45,239 nucleotides of DNA, taken from an uncultured Candidatus Saccharibacteria bacterium. GTDB lineage: Bacteria; Patescibacteriota; Minisyncoccia; JAHCSD01. A program made the translations under genes and the position numbers. Below the pieces are notes generated by a model. It ran no database searches. It was not told where the DNA came from and saw nothing but the letters and a program-made list of their open reading frames with translations. Positions 44,107 to 45,239 of this stretch are shown here, one piece after another. The stretch lies in the NCBI GenBank assembly GCA_964373435.1, contig CAYJUS010000001.1, forward strand, positions 473 through 45,711. Reading direction: 5' to 3'. How positions within the stretch are numbered: the first letter of the stretch is position 1; each line of letters starts with the position of its first letter.

Positions 44107-44772
44107 TTAGTTCAGGTTGCAACAGAGGATTTGCCTTTGCCCCGTGTTTGTCCTGTCTATACAGATATCGAATTGGGTGCGGCAGTAAGGCTTTATGATT
44201 TCTCCGGTGGCGTCCCGCGGGTCCGGAAACGATGGACAGCGTATTCCGCTTGAAAGGAGGGCGCTCGATGTTACCACCGTACAGCCACAGGTTGCAGCGG
44301 CGATCGTGGGCGAGCTCAAACAAGACTGGAACACCGATGTATCCAGGATGATGGGTGATGGTCCGCGACTACTCCCCTCTCCGAAAGAAAAATTAGGCGG
44401 GGGAGGCACACCGAGTTGCGCCAAATCAGGATTGATCGTCCTTAGAATAAGGACGGAGCCGAGAAGCAAAAAGAGGCCGAGGAGCGCGCCCTGTATCCAT
44501 TCTTTTGCGTCGTTCTGGCCGGCCCCGCTTCCCGCAGAGGTTATGTACTTGATTCCGCCGAATACCAAAACGCCAAAGGCAAGCGCGCCCGCGGCCGCAA
44601 GCCCGAACCGAAAGAACCATTGGATAAAGTCCGGCAGGGGGGGGACGCTCGATCCAAGATCCGGGTATTCAAGCTCGAGCTCTTGTGCAAAAACAGGATA
44701 TACAAAAAATCCGTAGATCGCTACAAAAGAGAATAACAATAGCGAAAGCGTGGAAAGCTTAACTTTTTTCAT
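44107..44772 (-). CDS. Secreted or membrane protein with a TrbC/VirB2-type pilin-like core and a Cys-rich C-terminal extension
   Basis: Signal peptide (..VYPVFAQE), two hydrophobic helices flanking SAGSGAGQNDAKEW, and 9 Cys in the last ~75 aa. The family call is tentative. Confidence 0.6.
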   Translation of the reverse strand: MKKVKLSTLSLLLFSFVAIYGFFVYPVFAQELELEYPDLGSSVPPLPDFIQWFFRFGLAAAGALAFGVLVFGGIKYITSAGSGAGQNDAKEWIQGALLGLFLLLGSVLILRTINPDLAQLGVPPPPNFSFGEGSSRGPSPIILDTSVFQSCLSSPTIAAATCGCTVVTSSALLSSGIRCPSFPDPRDATGEIIKPYCRTQFDICIDRTNTGQRQILCCNLN

Positions 44773-44958
44773 GTTTGTATATTACACCACACCCGGTGCG
44801 ACAACTTCGAATGCGCGAGCCCGTTAGACAACAAGGGGATATACCCGCAGAAAACAAACAGAAAAGTTCGATGGGATAGCGCATGGAAACCAACGGGCCG
44901 TTTTGTTTCGAAGTTGTAGCACCGGGCACATTTTCCCGTGAATGTACGACAGTCATAG
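44765..44958 (-). repeat. Leader repeat copy 2 (5' leader of gene 44107..44772, includes its ATG)
   Basis: The core 44778-44930 is identical to copy 1. The 20-bp closing stem is 44792-44811 / 44907-44926. Confidence 0.85.
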
Positions 44959-45016
44959 AAAGCATCATAGAAAGGAGTCATAAGAAGGAAGGTCGTGGGA
45001 AGGAACCGTAGGGGGA

Positions 45017-45239
45017 TCACAGGATTCTCCCGACGGTATTCCCCCATAGCCATTCATCGGCACTACACAATTGTTGGTTGAGGCCGCTGTATAGCCCCGT
45101 GGGGTCTACCCCTCCCAGAAGTCCTCCGCTGCATCCAAAGTTATATAGCGCAGTTCGTATCCCTCCCGCGTCGGTTGCTACTAAAATAGTGAGAATCACC
45201 GCAACAATGAGAATGTCTATCACCCAGCCTACCGGAGTT
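45017..45239 (-). CDS. C-terminal part of a second pilin-like membrane protein (5' end outside the window)
   Basis: The ORF is open to the window edge. A hydrophobic helix is followed by a Gly/Cys-containing tail. Confidence 0.45.
   Translation of the reverse strand, partial: TPVGWVIDILIVAVILTILVATDAGGIRTALYNFGCSGGLLGGVDPTGLYSGLNQQLCSADEWLWGNTVGRIL

Noticed and set aside
1-45239. Alternative genetic code (stop-codon reassignment) as the explanation for the pilB stops
   Set aside because: All three stop codons are involved at once. Every other gene I called in the window reads through as a single uninterrupted ORF, and TAA, TAG and TGA are each used as terminators elsewhere in the window.
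1-45239. tRNA, rRNA, tmRNA, RNase P RNA, SRP RNA, CRISPR arrays, transposases and integrases
   Set aside because: I scanned the intergenic spacers by eye for T-loop (GGTTCGAATCC-like), RNase P (GAGGAAAGTCC) and SRP (GGAA tetraloop context) signatures and for short spaced repeats. None were found. Small RNAs cannot be excluded without covariance-model searches.

Overview
This 45.2-kb chromosomal window looks like a small-genome Patescibacteria/CPR-like bacterium. That placement is inferred from gene content only, and every family call rests on motifs read by eye; no database search was possible. The genetic code is standard. Genes are densely packed, with several ATGA stop/start overlaps and strong GGAGG-type ribosome-binding sites. 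Core content: the replication-origin neighbourhood (DciA-like, dnaN, dnaA, divergent rpmH-rnpA-yidD-yidC-jag); replication and repair genes (ruvA, uvrB, holA, polA, ruvB, yebC-ruvC); translation genes (rpsT, tyrS, tsaE); cell-wall genes (Mur ligase, FemAB-like, PBP1A, MOP flippase); and two-component parts that lack DNA-binding outputs. No tRNA, rRNA, CRISPR array, transposase or integrase was seen. Items worth a second look: (1) two tandem paralogs sharing a 676-nt perfectly identical leader plus N-terminal module, joined to diverged C-terminal modules (678-2829); (2) a four-gene operon of a 7TM protein, an ATP-grasp/retropepsin fusion, a MATCAP/DUF1704-like metallopeptidase and a second ATP-grasp, a candidate peptide ligate-and-trim system (28433-33145); (3) pilin-like membrane protein genes, each preceded by a 153-nt identical, strongly structured leader with triple direct repeats, plus an orphan leader copy (43855-45239); (4) an otherwise intact PilB/GspE ATPase gene interrupted by TAG, TGA and TAA in frame within 42 nt, with no indel; (5) two further intergenic elements closed by 15-19 bp inverted repeats (17728-17860, 20778-20995); (6) a four-gene operon and a monocistronic gene of unrecognised function (7779-10922); (7) a dense TGCGAAT/ATTCGCA operator-like array in front of ruvC.
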